From IMG/VR virus record IMGVR_UViG_2061766007_000501: a stretch of 64,000 nucleotides of DNA, one strand, 5' to 3'. Both the position numbers and the translations under genes were made by a program. Each line of letters starts with the position of its first letter. The first letter of the stretch is position 1. The notes under the pieces were generated by a model that ran no database searches, was not told where the DNA came from, and saw nothing but the letters and a program-made list of their open reading frames with translations. Shown in pieces: positions 8,558 to 18,460 of this stretch. Source of the stretch: an uncultured virus (IMG/VR IMGVR_UViG_2061766007_000501) (lineage: Duplodnaviria; Heunggongvirae; Uroviricota; Caudoviricetes).

Positions 8558-9152
8558 TTAATTAAACCACCTTATTTCAGGATGTCCACAAAACCCTTTT
8601 TCCCAAATAAACCAAGCGTATGCTGTTGCGCTACTTCCAATACTGTTAAAGTTACCGTTCATGGCGCATTTTAATCTTGATCGGCTGACCCATACCCGTA
8701 TGGGGGGGGGCAGTTTTAAATAATTCAGCACGGCCTTTTCCTTCCAGAAAAGTCAGCTTTAAAAACATAGCAACCTTGTGTCCTTCACTAATTATATTAA
8801 GAGCCTTTTCTACAAACTGCTGCGCAGCCGCATAAGGTGGATTGGTGATGATATCACCAGTCCATTTCTCTGTGTTGAAGTACAAGAAGTCTGCTATCTC
8901 CCCATACCCTCTATCCATCAGGTCACGACTTGTAACTTCGTAACCATGAGCAATGAGTTGTTTGCTGATATGTCCTTCTCCGCACGCAGGTTCTAAAATA
9001 GGGTTGCAGAAAGTTTCCAGCTTGCAAAGCCAGTCAGTTGCTGCTGGTTCTGTAGCATAATAGTCAACATCCCCTCTTTCGTGGTCTGTATGGTTGCTTG
9101 CTCCAATTGTTTTGAATGTTGAGGCAGTGCCTCCTTTCCAATCTTTTGCCAT
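8558..9152 (-). pseudogene. DNA amino-methyltransferase, frameshifted at a C9 tract
   Basis: DYYAT, ILEPACGEG (SAM), IITNPPY (catalytic); C-terminus IRVWVSRSRL...AYAWFIWEKG is in another frame after G9 at 8702-8710. Confidence 0.85.
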
Positions 9153-9214
9153 ATAATTGTTCTAAAAGTCGCTTTTCAGTAACTAAAGTAGTTAATAATA
9201 GTTCAAAGAATATT

Positions 9215-9799
9215 CTAAAGTTCGCTTTTTGGCGTTTTTTGGGACATAACTTCGTCGAATGTTGTGCCGTATTCAAGTTGGAGGATGAGGTCGCACTCCT
9301 GACGTGCCTTGGCAATGTCAAGTGCACCCAGCTTATCACGATGCCGGGTGATGCGCTTTACTATGCAGCCTTCCAGAAAGTCAAGCTTGTTGGCAGTGAT
9401 GTACTCGACTGGCTGGATGGCCTTGTCCTTGTAATGGCTGCCGCCTACCTGGTAGGATAGGGCTGTAAGTTCCTTTGTCTTAACAATAGGGTCAACTGGC
9501 TTCATTGGGTTGCTTGGCTTTAACGGCTCTTCATCCCTATTGCCCCTGTACTTCTTTACATCGTCCTCTGAAAAATAGTCTGTGAGATTAATATTGGCTA
9601 CCTGCTCATCGGTGAGGACTTCAATGTTTACATTATGCACCCTAATACTATCTCCGCATTTGCTATACAATAATTCGTATTCTGGGATAGCAGAATTAAT
9701 GACCATACCAATATGCCCATATAGATTGGTTTTTGCTTCGAAATCGTACACATGCCCAATCTTGACAATATCACCTACATTAGCATTTGTCTTAATCAT
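9215..9799 (-). CDS. DUF3310 domain protein
   Basis: QVGGSHYKDKAIQPVEYI...FLEGCIVKRITR...DIAKA. Confidence 0.8.
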   Translation of the reverse strand: MIKTNANVGDIVKIGHVYDFEAKTNLYGHIGMVINSAIPEYELLYSKCGDSIRVHNVNIEVLTDEQVANINLTDYFSEDDVKKYRGNRDEEPLKPSNPMKPVDPIVKTKELTALSYQVGGSHYKDKAIQPVEYITANKLDFLEGCIVKRITRHRDKLGALDIAKARQECDLILQLEYGTTFDEVMSQKTPKSEL

Positions 9800-9803
9800 A
9801 TTC

Positions 9804-10193
9804 CTATCTTGTATAATGGTTTAACATACGCATGGCCTTGCACCAGCTCTTGTATTCGGTATATTTCATCGTCCGCACATGCTCAGGCATGACCTCTGCA
9901 CCACCGATGCGGCTTGTATAGTAGAAGCATTCTGCAATGGCATTTTGCATCGATGCGTTCTTCTGGATATATCCCTTGCGCTTTAGCGCACGGAAGTTTT
10001 TCCTGTCCATCACCAGCAGCTTGCCATCCATAGATGGCATCACATAGTAGCGGTCACCATCCTTGGCATGTGCTTCGTCTGCCATCATCACTGCCTTGCG
10101 GTAGCGGAGGTAGTCCTTCAGTGCATAGAAGGCGTTGAAATACTTGTCAAACATTCTCTTGGCTGCATTAAGCCATTTCTTTAATTTATTCAT
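9804..10193 (-). CDS. Hypothetical phage protein
   Basis: 129 aa downstream of terminase. Confidence 0.7.
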   Translation of the reverse strand: MNKLKKWLNAAKRMFDKYFNAFYALKDYLRYRKAVMMADEAHAKDGDRYYVMPSMDGKLLVMDRKNFRALKRKGYIQKNASMQNAIAECFYYTSRIGGAEVMPEHVRTMKYTEYKSWCKAMRMLNHYTR

Positions 10194-10271
10194 ATCTCTT
10201 TATGTTTTAGTTAAACAATAATATTCATCAACTTTTAATTTGCCTCTAATTTGTTTCATGACTTTTCATGA

Positions 10272-12416
10272 CTAGCCGATTGTTGCCTCGCTCACAGCCC
10301 TGCGGTTGCGTGCAGTGGTTCGCCTGATGCGAGGCACGATGCGTGGCAGCTCCATTTCCCTGAGTGCTATATGCAGACCGATGGCACGTGTCATCAACAA
10401 ATCATCATGCTCGTCCGTAATGGCACCGAATGCACCGTTCTGCTTGCGCTCATAGCACAGATACTCATGCAGGCACCGCTCGTCACGCTCCACATACAGG
10501 CGTTCACGTATTGCCTCTACAAGGGTAGATATAATCATCGGCTTGGTCAGGACATTCGTATGGAAGCCATACTTGACTGGTGCCTTCTCACGAATCTCCT
10601 CCTCGCTCTGCCTGCGAGCATAGAGGTTGTCGTACACGTCCTTTATCTGGTTGAGTATGAAGCTGGATTGGTCACCGTCCACGTTTCGCTCCCTGTCATG
10701 CGTCTCCAGGGTGTTGCTCTCGATCACCAGCAGGGCATCGTCATAGTACTTGGCAACCTGCGCTGCCTTCCAAGCCAGCAAGTCCATGTCGATATGTCCG
10801 TACCACTGAGCCACCACTGATGGTGCGCCACCATCCATCTGCATCAGGCGGTCAAATACCGTGATGACAGACCAGTCTGCCTTATGGCTGCGTCCACCGA
10901 TATCCACCACGACAAGATAGCGGTTAAGCACCTTCTCGTTTGTGTCGATCTCCGGCTGCTGCCATATCCACAGCAAGCCCTGGTGGTCTTCATTAAAGCG
11001 TATATTGACAAGTGCATCCTTGCCTTTGATGCTGTTGCCGTAGATATCCCCAATATACTTGGGCACCTTGCATGTCGTTCGGAACTTTTCAACCTGGTAT
11101 CGGTCAAATACCATCGTGCCTGAGTGCACGAATGCCTCGATATCGTCCGATGGGTACTCCGATGCCATGTCACCGTGGTTGTGGTACTTGGCACGCTCCA
11201 GTATGTACCACTGTATGGCCTCCAGCGTGGCACCTTTCTGCCACAGCCACCAATAATACTGTCCGGGCTCCTCACGGTCAGACAAGGCATTGCGGTTGTT
11301 GCGGTTGACCCACAACCAGGTGGCAAGTGCATTGTAGTCCTGCACACGGCTGCGGTACTGGTCAATGTCATACCAGGCAATGAACAATGGGTGCATCTGG
11401 CTCTTTCCTTCAATAGATGCCAACCATTCCTTATGGAAGAAGTTGCCAGTGCCGTTGGCTGTGCTTTCATAGACTATCATCGTAAGCGGTTCTAGTAGGA
11501 TACCTGCACATGCTGAGCGCACCATTTGCTCAGGCGTTTTCTTTTCTGTTTTTTTCCACAAGCCCACCTCGCTACAATGTACCAGCGAGTAAGCACCACC
11601 ACGAATACTGTCAGGCCGTTCTGCAGAGCCTATCTTTATCTTGCACCCACGTTGTGGGACACGATGTATATTGCCCGACTTACCAACACCTTCCCATTTC
11701 TTCTCGTTCTCATTGTACGCTTCGCCGATTTCATGTAGATAGGTTACAGGATACTGTGTAATCATCCTGACAAACATATCCTGAATTTCATCTGCTACGG
11801 TGTTTTGTAGTGCTGCAATCAGGCTGTTAAGACCTGGCTTGATTACCAATTGTAGCCATGCCATATAGAGCTGGATGCAGGTGGAGCCACCCCACTGACG
11901 TGCCTTGAGCAGTATCAGACGGATGGGCTTGCCTGCCAGACGCATATCCTCCAGTACTGCAACCAGCCTGCGCTGAGGCCTGTTGAGACGGAACAGTATG
12001 TCCTCGCCACCTTCCTTTGGTGCGATGTAAACGAGCAGCGCAGCCCAGAATGCAAAGTCATGCTCAATCCTGATGCGTACTATCTGCTCGATGACCTTAT
12101 GTGTCTCCTCTTCGGTAGCTTCCACCTGCATCTCACCCTCCAGCCACATGGCGATGGAGCCGCACCTTACAATCTGCCTGATGAGAGGTATCTTGCACAT
12201 GGCAATAGGCAGCCACATTTCCTTCAGGGGGAAGTCCTTGATGCGTACCTTCTTGCGCTTGCCGACCGACCCCTCTCCTGTGATTGGGTTGAATACGGCA
12301 TTGATGGCCTTGTTGCGCCTGTCGTTCTCTGCGAGGATTTTCTGCACCGCTACTGCCTGCTCATGGCTCGTGCGTGGTGTCAGGCTCATGGTCATATTGT
12401 TTGTGCCTGCCATCAT
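10272..12416 (-). CDS. terL: Terminase large subunit
   Basis: LKARQWGGST Walker A, VHCSEVG Walker B, ESTANG, VVVDIGG and HDDLLM nuclease motifs. Confidence 0.93.
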   Translation of the reverse strand: MMAGTNNMTMSLTPRTSHEQAVAVQKILAENDRRNKAINAVFNPITGEGSVGKRKKVRIKDFPLKEMWLPIAMCKIPLIRQIVRCGSIAMWLEGEMQVEATEEETHKVIEQIVRIRIEHDFAFWAALLVYIAPKEGGEDILFRLNRPQRRLVAVLEDMRLAGKPIRLILLKARQWGGSTCIQLYMAWLQLVIKPGLNSLIAALQNTVADEIQDMFVRMITQYPVTYLHEIGEAYNENEKKWEGVGKSGNIHRVPQRGCKIKIGSAERPDSIRGGAYSLVHCSEVGLWKKTEKKTPEQMVRSACAGILLEPLTMIVYESTANGTGNFFHKEWLASIEGKSQMHPLFIAWYDIDQYRSRVQDYNALATWLWVNRNNRNALSDREEPGQYYWWLWQKGATLEAIQWYILERAKYHNHGDMASEYPSDDIEAFVHSGTMVFDRYQVEKFRTTCKVPKYIGDIYGNSIKGKDALVNIRFNEDHQGLLWIWQQPEIDTNEKVLNRYLVVVDIGGRSHKADWSVITVFDRLMQMDGGAPSVVAQWYGHIDMDLLAWKAAQVAKYYDDALLVIESNTLETHDRERNVDGDQSSFILNQIKDVYDNLYARRQSEEEIREKAPVKYGFHTNVLTKPMIISTLVEAIRERLYVERDERCLHEYLCYERKQNGAFGAITDEHDDLLMTRAIGLHIALREMELPRIVPRIRRTTARNRRAVSEATIG

Positions 12417-12934
12417 ATATATATAATAGGTGTGGTGAGCAGGCTGACCAATAGCCCAGCGAGGTAGCAGTAAAGGTGCAATGACGCATTTATGTTTGGC
12501 AGTAGGAAGCCGACACAGATGAATGTGCCGATGGCGATGATGTTAAGCCAACATCTTATTGATGCCAATGATATGATACCCAGCAGTGCGAAGCAGACTC
12601 CAGACAACCCAACGGTTGATTGACTATTGATAATTGACAACTGACAATTAAGCCATGCGGATAAGGTGTCAATAGGGTAGGTGATGGCGATGAGGTATGC
12701 GGCAATCAGCTGCCACAAAGGGATGCGCCTGAAAAAAACGATGGACAGCAGACACCAGCAGTTGAGTGCGCAATGCAGCAGGCTGGCATGGAGGAAAGGA
12801 TATGCCAAACGCTGCCAGAGACCACATCCCCGGCTGATGCCCCAATGCTGTATGTCTATCGGACACATCAGCAGGCAAAGCGTGATGAGTGTCAATACAA
12901 GTGACGCAGCCTGTGTTTTCTCTGAAGGTACCAT
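12413..12934 (-). CDS. Rhomboid intramembrane serine protease
   Basis: FLHASLLHCALN, VGLSG catalytic Ser, LHLYCYLAG catalytic His; multi-TM. Confidence 0.85.
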   Translation of the reverse strand: MVPSEKTQAASLVLTLITLCLLMCPIDIQHWGISRGCGLWQRLAYPFLHASLLHCALNCWCLLSIVFFRRIPLWQLIAAYLIAITYPIDTLSAWLNCQLSIINSQSTVGLSGVCFALLGIISLASIRCWLNIIAIGTFICVGFLLPNINASLHLYCYLAGLLVSLLTTPIIYI

Positions 12935-13368
12935 ATTTTTTTTATTCTGCTAATTATAACTTTGGTGCTTCCTGGGGTCAGGTAAAATTCGGGTGCAGGG
13001 CTCGACACCACCTCTGACACGGCATCCATGCGTGTCATCTTCGGCTTCCTTCCCATCAGCTCTTTCACCCTCCTGTAGATCTCCTTGTACATCTTACGCT
13101 TTAGGGGGTACATGTTGCGTAGTGTGGCGTCATAGGCCTTGGACATCTTGGTGACCACTATCAAAGCCCGTTCTTCTGACACCCAGAACCTCTCAGCCTC
13201 ATGCATCGCAACCATCTTGAACACCTCAGTTTGCTTGGTGGTATAGGCCGTGGTAGCCATCACCTCACGATACACTCTCATGAGGTTATTGTTGCGCTGC
13301 TCTTCGTATTCAAATTTCGACCCTTTGTGTTTACGATGCATGGTATTGAGGGGTTTACGTTTCCGCAA
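12892..13368 (-). CDS. Conserved phage protein, possible DNA-binding regulator
   Basis: Basic helical protein with AERFWVSEERA/APEFYLTP motifs; true start may be MHRKHK. Confidence 0.6.
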   Translation of the reverse strand: MRKRKPLNTMHRKHKGSKFEYEEQRNNNLMRVYREVMATTAYTTKQTEVFKMVAMHEAERFWVSEERALIVVTKMSKAYDATLRNMYPLKRKMYKEIYRRVKELMGRKPKMTRMDAVSEVVSSPAPEFYLTPGSTKVIISRIKKIWYLQRKHRLRHLY

Positions 13369-13452
13369 AATTATTGAACGTGTGTTAATGGATAATATTT
13401 CATGCCCCTCTTTTTATCCTACATTTGTCCACAAACTTTAATTTTTATACAA

Positions 13453-14247
13453 ATGGCGGAAGAAAATAGCGTAAAAACCAAGAGGGATGTGGCGATGGAG
13501 CGCCTTAAGACCCGATATCCCGACCGTGAATTTGCTGATGATGAGGCTGTGTTTGGCCAGATCAACGATGACTATGCCGACTATGACAACCAACTAGCAG
13601 GCTACAAGGAGCGTGAGCAGAAGTTTTCCGACATGTTTACCTCTGACCCACGTTCCGCTCGTTTCCTGACAGATTGGCGCAATGGCGGTGACCCTGTTGT
13701 GATGCTGGTTCGCCAGTTTGGGACAGACATCAAGGAGGCGTTGGAAGACCCTGAGAAGCTGGATGCCATTGCCGAGGCCAACAAGGAGTATGTTGACCGT
13801 GTGGCGGCAAGCAAGGCGCTGGATGATGAGTATAAGGCGAACGTCGAGAAGAGCCTTGCCGACATGGAGACATACCAGGCAGAGAAGCAGCTGGCAGACG
13901 ATAAGATTGACGATGCGTTTGTTTATTTGAAGGAGATTGCCAACAATGTAATCATGGGCAAGTTTACACGTGACATGCTGGATATGGCTTTCAAGGCCAT
14001 CAACCACGATGCCGATGTAGCTACTGCTGCCGAGGATGCCGAGGTGCGTGGGCGCAATGCCAAGATAGAGCAGACGCTGCGCAAGCGTAATGAGGGTGAT
14101 GGTGTGGCTGCCCTGGATGGCAACAACAACGTGCCAAAGGTTAAGCCAAAGAAAGACCTGGGCGCACTTGGCAGATTTGACCCAGACATGCAGGATATCT
14201 GGAGCCGTGGAGGCGAGAACCGTAAAAAGCGTACAGCACTGGACTAA
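13453..14247 (+). CDS. Probable capsid scaffolding protein
   Basis: Acidic, helical, upstream of capsid; start MAEENS after promoter. Confidence 0.6.
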   Translation: MAEENSVKTKRDVAMERLKTRYPDREFADDEAVFGQINDDYADYDNQLAGYKEREQKFSDMFTSDPRSARFLTDWRNGGDPVVMLVRQFGTDIKEALEDPEKLDAIAEANKEYVDRVAASKALDDEYKANVEKSLADMETYQAEKQLADDKIDDAFVYLKEIANNVIMGKFTRDMLDMAFKAINHDADVATAAEDAEVRGRNAKIEQTLRKRNEGDGVAALDGNNNVPKVKPKKDLGALGRFDPDMQDIWSRGGENRKKRTALD

Positions 14248-14259
14248 AATAGACACGGC

Positions 14260-14757
14260 ATGAAGAAATATGTTACCATAAAGCTATACATGAGCGAGCT
14301 CATCTATGATGTGGAGAATAAGACATTCCTCACTGGGAAGGCACGTGGCAACGGTGAGAACTACGAAGAGAGTGCCGACATGCGAGCTAATGACGATGCC
14401 GAGAACCGCAACCAGGTAATGCGTAGTATCGGCAATGCCTTCTCGACATTAAAGACTAAGCTTGGAGAGTATCTGTTTGAAGGAGGCGGCAGTGCCAACA
14501 ATGTGCAGATCAGTGACCAGTCTAATCTGGAAGTGCAACTGAGAATGCCCAGCAACTACAACACCTCTGCCAATGATACCGTAGCTGCAGCCATGCACCA
14601 ATACATCGTAAATCTTGCTATTGCTGAATGGTACACCATTTTTGACAAAGCTGATGCTTCCGACTACTTGGCTATGGCCGCAGGAAACTTGGTATCACTG
14701 AGAGAGGCACTTAATAAGCGTGTGCGTCCTATGCGCAAGCCCGTGTCGAATTTATAA
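14260..14757 (+). CDS. Virion ring/adaptor-like protein (paralog 1)
   Basis: Position; similarity to 16964 and 17967 products. Confidence 0.5.
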   Translation: MKKYVTIKLYMSELIYDVENKTFLTGKARGNGENYEESADMRANDDAENRNQVMRSIGNAFSTLKTKLGEYLFEGGGSANNVQISDQSNLEVQLRMPSNYNTSANDTVAAAMHQYIVNLAIAEWYTIFDKADASDYLAMAAGNLVSLREALNKRVRPMRKPVSNL

Positions 14758-14793
14758 AAAGAATGTTTAACCAATTAAATTTTATAACAAACA

Positions 14794-16449
14794 ATGAAGA
14801 AAATTGATTTTTTAATGAGCCTAGTGCTCACAATTCTGACCGTTCTGACCGGGGCAGGCGCGGATGTGATGATGGCTGCTGCCACCAATCTGCCCGATGC
14901 CGGTAATACTGAAGGCGGCGAGGGTGGCATTGCCACTCCTCCTGAAGGTATCGCTACCGAGACGCAGGGTCGTGCCGATGGTGATCCTGACTTCTACCTG
15001 AAAGACATCGACAAGCGCATCACTAAGATTCGCCCGATGGCTACTCCTATTGACCAGATTTCTCGCTACGCAAAGGCTCAGAAGTCTGACTCATTTGAAG
15101 TTAAGTACTACTCAGTAGGCACACGTCCTATCACATGCAAGACCAATGACGATATCGCTGCTCAGGTCAGCGGTGCTTCTGTGGTACTGCCTGTTGACGA
15201 TGTGAACATGTTCACTTTGGATGATACCATACGTGTGGTTGGCGTTAAGGCTACTTATGATGAAAGGGGTAATGCATACGACCCAGACGATGAACTGACT
15301 CCTGACTTGCAGCTGTGCGTTTGCGGTCGTGACAACGTGACCTCAATGCCTGTTGTTTATGCAGTGAACGGTAACAAGGCTGCTGATGACCAGACCACCT
15401 ATCTGCCTGCCATCGCATCAGGTACTACCCTGGTTCGTATGGGTAAGGCTTGCGGCGAGCTGGATGTCCAGACTGGTCGTTTCAATAACCTCCCAACGGC
15501 TGAGATCCAGTACTGCCAGAATTTTATGATCCAAATCGAGCAGTCAACATTCGATGCTATTGCAGCTAAGGAGGTTGATTGGAACTTCAGCGACCTGGAA
15601 GAGGATGGCATCTACGATATGCGTCTGGCGCAGGAAAATACATACCTGTTCGGTGCAAAGAACAAGATTCAGCATACTAGCAAGGACGGCATGACCACTT
15701 GGTTTACAAAGGGTATCTGGTACATGGCTGGCAAGGACATCGAGGTTGGCGAGTGGGATGCTACCGCCAATGCTGCAGTGATTACAGATGACAACCTTGT
15801 GGATATCTCCAAGGATCTGTTCGTTGGTACTGGCATCGGCAACAAGCGCAAGATTTTGTTCTGCGGTTCTGACATGTTGGCTGCATTCAGCAAGATTAAG
15901 AGCGACAAGTTCCGCCTGAAGGACACCGTGGAGGTGTGGAACCTGAAGTTCAAATCTTGGGAAACCGACTTTGGCGAAATCTTGACCATCCACCACGAAC
16001 TGCTGGATATGAACGGAATGAGCGACTGCGGCTTTGCACTTGACCCAGAGTACCTGTCAAAGAAGACACACGTGTCATGGGGTCGCAATGTGCTTGACCT
16101 GAAGAAGGCAGGCATCCGCAACACCAACGCTGTGGTTCTGCAGGAGGTAAGCTGCTTGTACCTCAGATATGCTAAGGCTCATGCTCGCATGAAGCTGGCC
16201 GCTGCTCCTACCCCATCTATCACCCTTGACAAGGATACTGCTACTGTTGCTGACGGTTCAACCATTACACTGGTAGCTACCACCGTACCTGCTGACGCTG
16301 CTGTTTCTTGGACATCAAGCGATGACACTAAGGCAAGTGTATCTGACGGTGTTGTGACTGGCGAGGCAGCTGGTAGCGCAACCATCACTGCTACTATCAC
16401 AGTTGACGGTGTTGACTATACCGCAACCTGCGCTGTGACCGTATCTTGA
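14794..16449 (+). CDS. Major capsid protein with C-terminal Big_2 Ig domain
   Basis: Size, position, strong codon bias; C-terminal ITLDK...VSWTSSD...ASVSDGVVTG...TCAVTV; terminator follows. Confidence 0.8.
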   Translation: MKKIDFLMSLVLTILTVLTGAGADVMMAAATNLPDAGNTEGGEGGIATPPEGIATETQGRADGDPDFYLKDIDKRITKIRPMATPIDQISRYAKAQKSDSFEVKYYSVGTRPITCKTNDDIAAQVSGASVVLPVDDVNMFTLDDTIRVVGVKATYDERGNAYDPDDELTPDLQLCVCGRDNVTSMPVVYAVNGNKAADDQTTYLPAIASGTTLVRMGKACGELDVQTGRFNNLPTAEIQYCQNFMIQIEQSTFDAIAAKEVDWNFSDLEEDGIYDMRLAQENTYLFGAKNKIQHTSKDGMTTWFTKGIWYMAGKDIEVGEWDATANAAVITDDNLVDISKDLFVGTGIGNKRKILFCGSDMLAAFSKIKSDKFRLKDTVEVWNLKFKSWETDFGEILTIHHELLDMNGMSDCGFALDPEYLSKKTHVSWGRNVLDLKKAGIRNTNAVVLQEVSCLYLRYAKAHARMKLAAAPTPSITLDKDTATVADGSTITLVATTVPADAAVSWTSSDDTKASVSDGVVTGEAAGSATITATITVDGVDYTATCAVTVS

Positions 16450-16486
16450 TATTGGCTCTTTAACCGGAAAATCTCTGATATGACTT

Positions 16487-16538
16487 CCAGCCCCATTGGA
16501 TCGGGCAATGATCCCGTCATGGGGCTGGTTTTTCTTTT
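16487..16538 (+). terminator. Intrinsic terminator
   Basis: CCAGCCCC..GGGGCTGG followed by T-run. Confidence 0.65.
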
Positions 16539-16558
16539 AAAAACACTAGATTGATATT

Positions 16559-16960
16559 ATGAAGTATATTGCAAAGACGCAGCTGGCACTTAACGTTTTG
16601 AGGAACGGCAAGAGTATGCATATAACATTTACACCACAGACTGGTGGTGGGAGCGTGTTTTATACCGATGACCCATCGGTGGCGAAAGCACTTGAGAGCC
16701 ATTATAAATTTGGCAAGCTTTTCAAAAAAGCCGAGGAAAAAGTACAGGCACCGTCTGCCATACCAGTGGCAAAGGCTGCCGAGAAGGCTCCTGCCAAGGC
16801 TGAGGTGAAGAAGGAACGTACCTTGACATTCCCCTGCTATGAGGATGCCAAGGAATATCTGGTGGATACATACGGCATCAGCCGCACAAAGCTGCGCTCG
16901 CAGACTGCTATTGAGGCTGCCGCCAAGGCTAACAATATCAAACTGGTTATTAGTGACTGA
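16559..16960 (+). CDS. Hypothetical phage protein
   Basis: 133 aa with Ala/Lys linker. Confidence 0.7.
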   Translation: MKYIAKTQLALNVLRNGKSMHITFTPQTGGGSVFYTDDPSVAKALESHYKFGKLFKKAEEKVQAPSAIPVAKAAEKAPAKAEVKKERTLTFPCYEDAKEYLVDTYGISRTKLRSQTAIEAAAKANNIKLVISD

Positions 16961-16963
16961 ACA

Positions 16964-17503
16964 ATGGGATGCTGCTGCAGAAATAGGAACAATCCGGATA
17001 ACTGGAAGAAGACTTCCGTGCTGACCATCCTCAGGCCTGAGCTGCTGCAGGACATTGCAGGCATGGGCTATGTGGAGGGTGACATGATCAAGACGGACGA
17101 TGAGCATGACCGTCACCAGGTGCAGGACATTGTTGAAGATGGCAATGTAGAGCGAGTGACCCGTGTTCTCGACTTGACCTTTGCCGAAATCACCGAACTG
17201 ATGTACCCTTACACCAAGCAGCCATCGGCTGACGATGCACGCTTCAATGACATCTACCGTGAAGATGAGGCCTATCGACTGAAGCTGCGTCTGCCTGACG
17301 ATTTTAGCGACTCCACCCTTAAATATATCGAGAAGCTGGCTCATGAGCTGATGACGTGCCGTGTGATGGCAGACTGGTGCAGCATCACCAAGCCATCATC
17401 AGCAGACAACTGGGCTGCCAAGGCCGAAGGGGTCAAGGCAAGCATCAAGAGTGCCTTGCTTAACCGTGGCAACAAGACCAGACGTGGAATGTCACCGTTC
17501 TAA
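16964..17503 (+). CDS. Virion ring/adaptor-like protein (paralog 2)
   Basis: Structural operon; shared motifs. Confidence 0.5.
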   Translation: MGCCCRNRNNPDNWKKTSVLTILRPELLQDIAGMGYVEGDMIKTDDEHDRHQVQDIVEDGNVERVTRVLDLTFAEITELMYPYTKQPSADDARFNDIYREDEAYRLKLRLPDDFSDSTLKYIEKLAHELMTCRVMADWCSITKPSSADNWAAKAEGVKASIKSALLNRGNKTRRGMSPF

Positions 17504-17513
17504 CAATCATCGC

Positions 17514-17960
17514 ATGAACATAGAGGACTACACGGAAGAGGACAGGAGGGAGCTGAAGGTCGTTGACCGATGGGTGATGGCCATACTGGCTGCACTGGTG
17601 CTGCTGATATGCTGCTCTGGCTGCAGGTCGGTGCAGTACGTGCCCGTGGAGACCGTCAAGCATGATAGCATCTACCTCAGCAAGCTGCAGCGTGACAGCA
17701 TCTACCTGAAGGAATACGTCAACGTCTATCAGAAGGCTGACACGGTGTACAAGGAGCGCATCATCACCAAGTACAAGGAGAGGCTATCGACTGACACCCT
17801 CTACATAGAGCGTACGGACACCATCCGTCAGGTCGTTGAGGTGGAAAGACCGCTTACCAGGCACCAGCGTACTATGATTAACTTCGGGTGGTGCTTTGTG
17901 GGTTCGTGGTCGCTTGCCATCCTGCTGTTCATTGCCTATCTCATATTCAAAAGAAAATAA
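17514..17960 (+). CDS. Lipoprotein with C-terminal TM, spanin-like
   Basis: Hydrophobic stretch plus CSGC lipobox, DSIY/DT repeats, C-terminal TM. Confidence 0.6.
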   Translation: MNIEDYTEEDRRELKVVDRWVMAILAALVLLICCSGCRSVQYVPVETVKHDSIYLSKLQRDSIYLKEYVNVYQKADTVYKERIITKYKERLSTDTLYIERTDTIRQVVEVERPLTRHQRTMINFGWCFVGSWSLAILLFIAYLIFKRK

Positions 17961-17966
17961 TAAAGT

Positions 17967-18449
17967 ATGACTACCATAACATTGACAATATCAAAATCTG
18001 AAGTGTACGAAGAGGTGGATAAGACCACATCCTACACGGGCGTAAAGATTGATGAGGCTACGGTGCCTGCGCAGAAGGACGAGGCTGAAGCCGTGTCGGC
18101 TTATAAGCGGATACGTGCCTCTGAGCACGACCAGGCGATGCTAGATCGGTTCTTTGCCGAGGCTGCTAACATGGCCACCAACCGCATGAAGGACTTTATC
18201 ACTTCCGTCCAGATGACAACAGGCTATAACGTGTCGCTTTCCCTATCGTCCAGATGGGACAGCTCACTGCAGCCAAGTATGCAGTCTTCCCTTTACAGCT
18301 ATTTTGTGTCATTCATCCTGGCAAGGTGGTTCAAGCTGGCCAATAAGGATGAGGCCGACACCTATATGGCCGATGCCAATGCCATGCTCGATGATGTTAT
18401 GCGTAAGATATACTACAGGAGCAAGCCTGTAAGGGTTACTCCATCTTAA
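17967..18449 (+). CDS. Virion ring/adaptor-like protein (paralog 3)
   Basis: Directly upstream of portal; shared motifs. Confidence 0.5.
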   Translation: MTTITLTISKSEVYEEVDKTTSYTGVKIDEATVPAQKDEAEAVSAYKRIRASEHDQAMLDRFFAEAANMATNRMKDFITSVQMTTGYNVSLSLSSRWDSSLQPSMQSSLYSYFVSFILARWFKLANKDEADTYMADANAMLDDVMRKIYYRSKPVRVTPS

Positions 18450-18460
18450 CTTGATCGACT

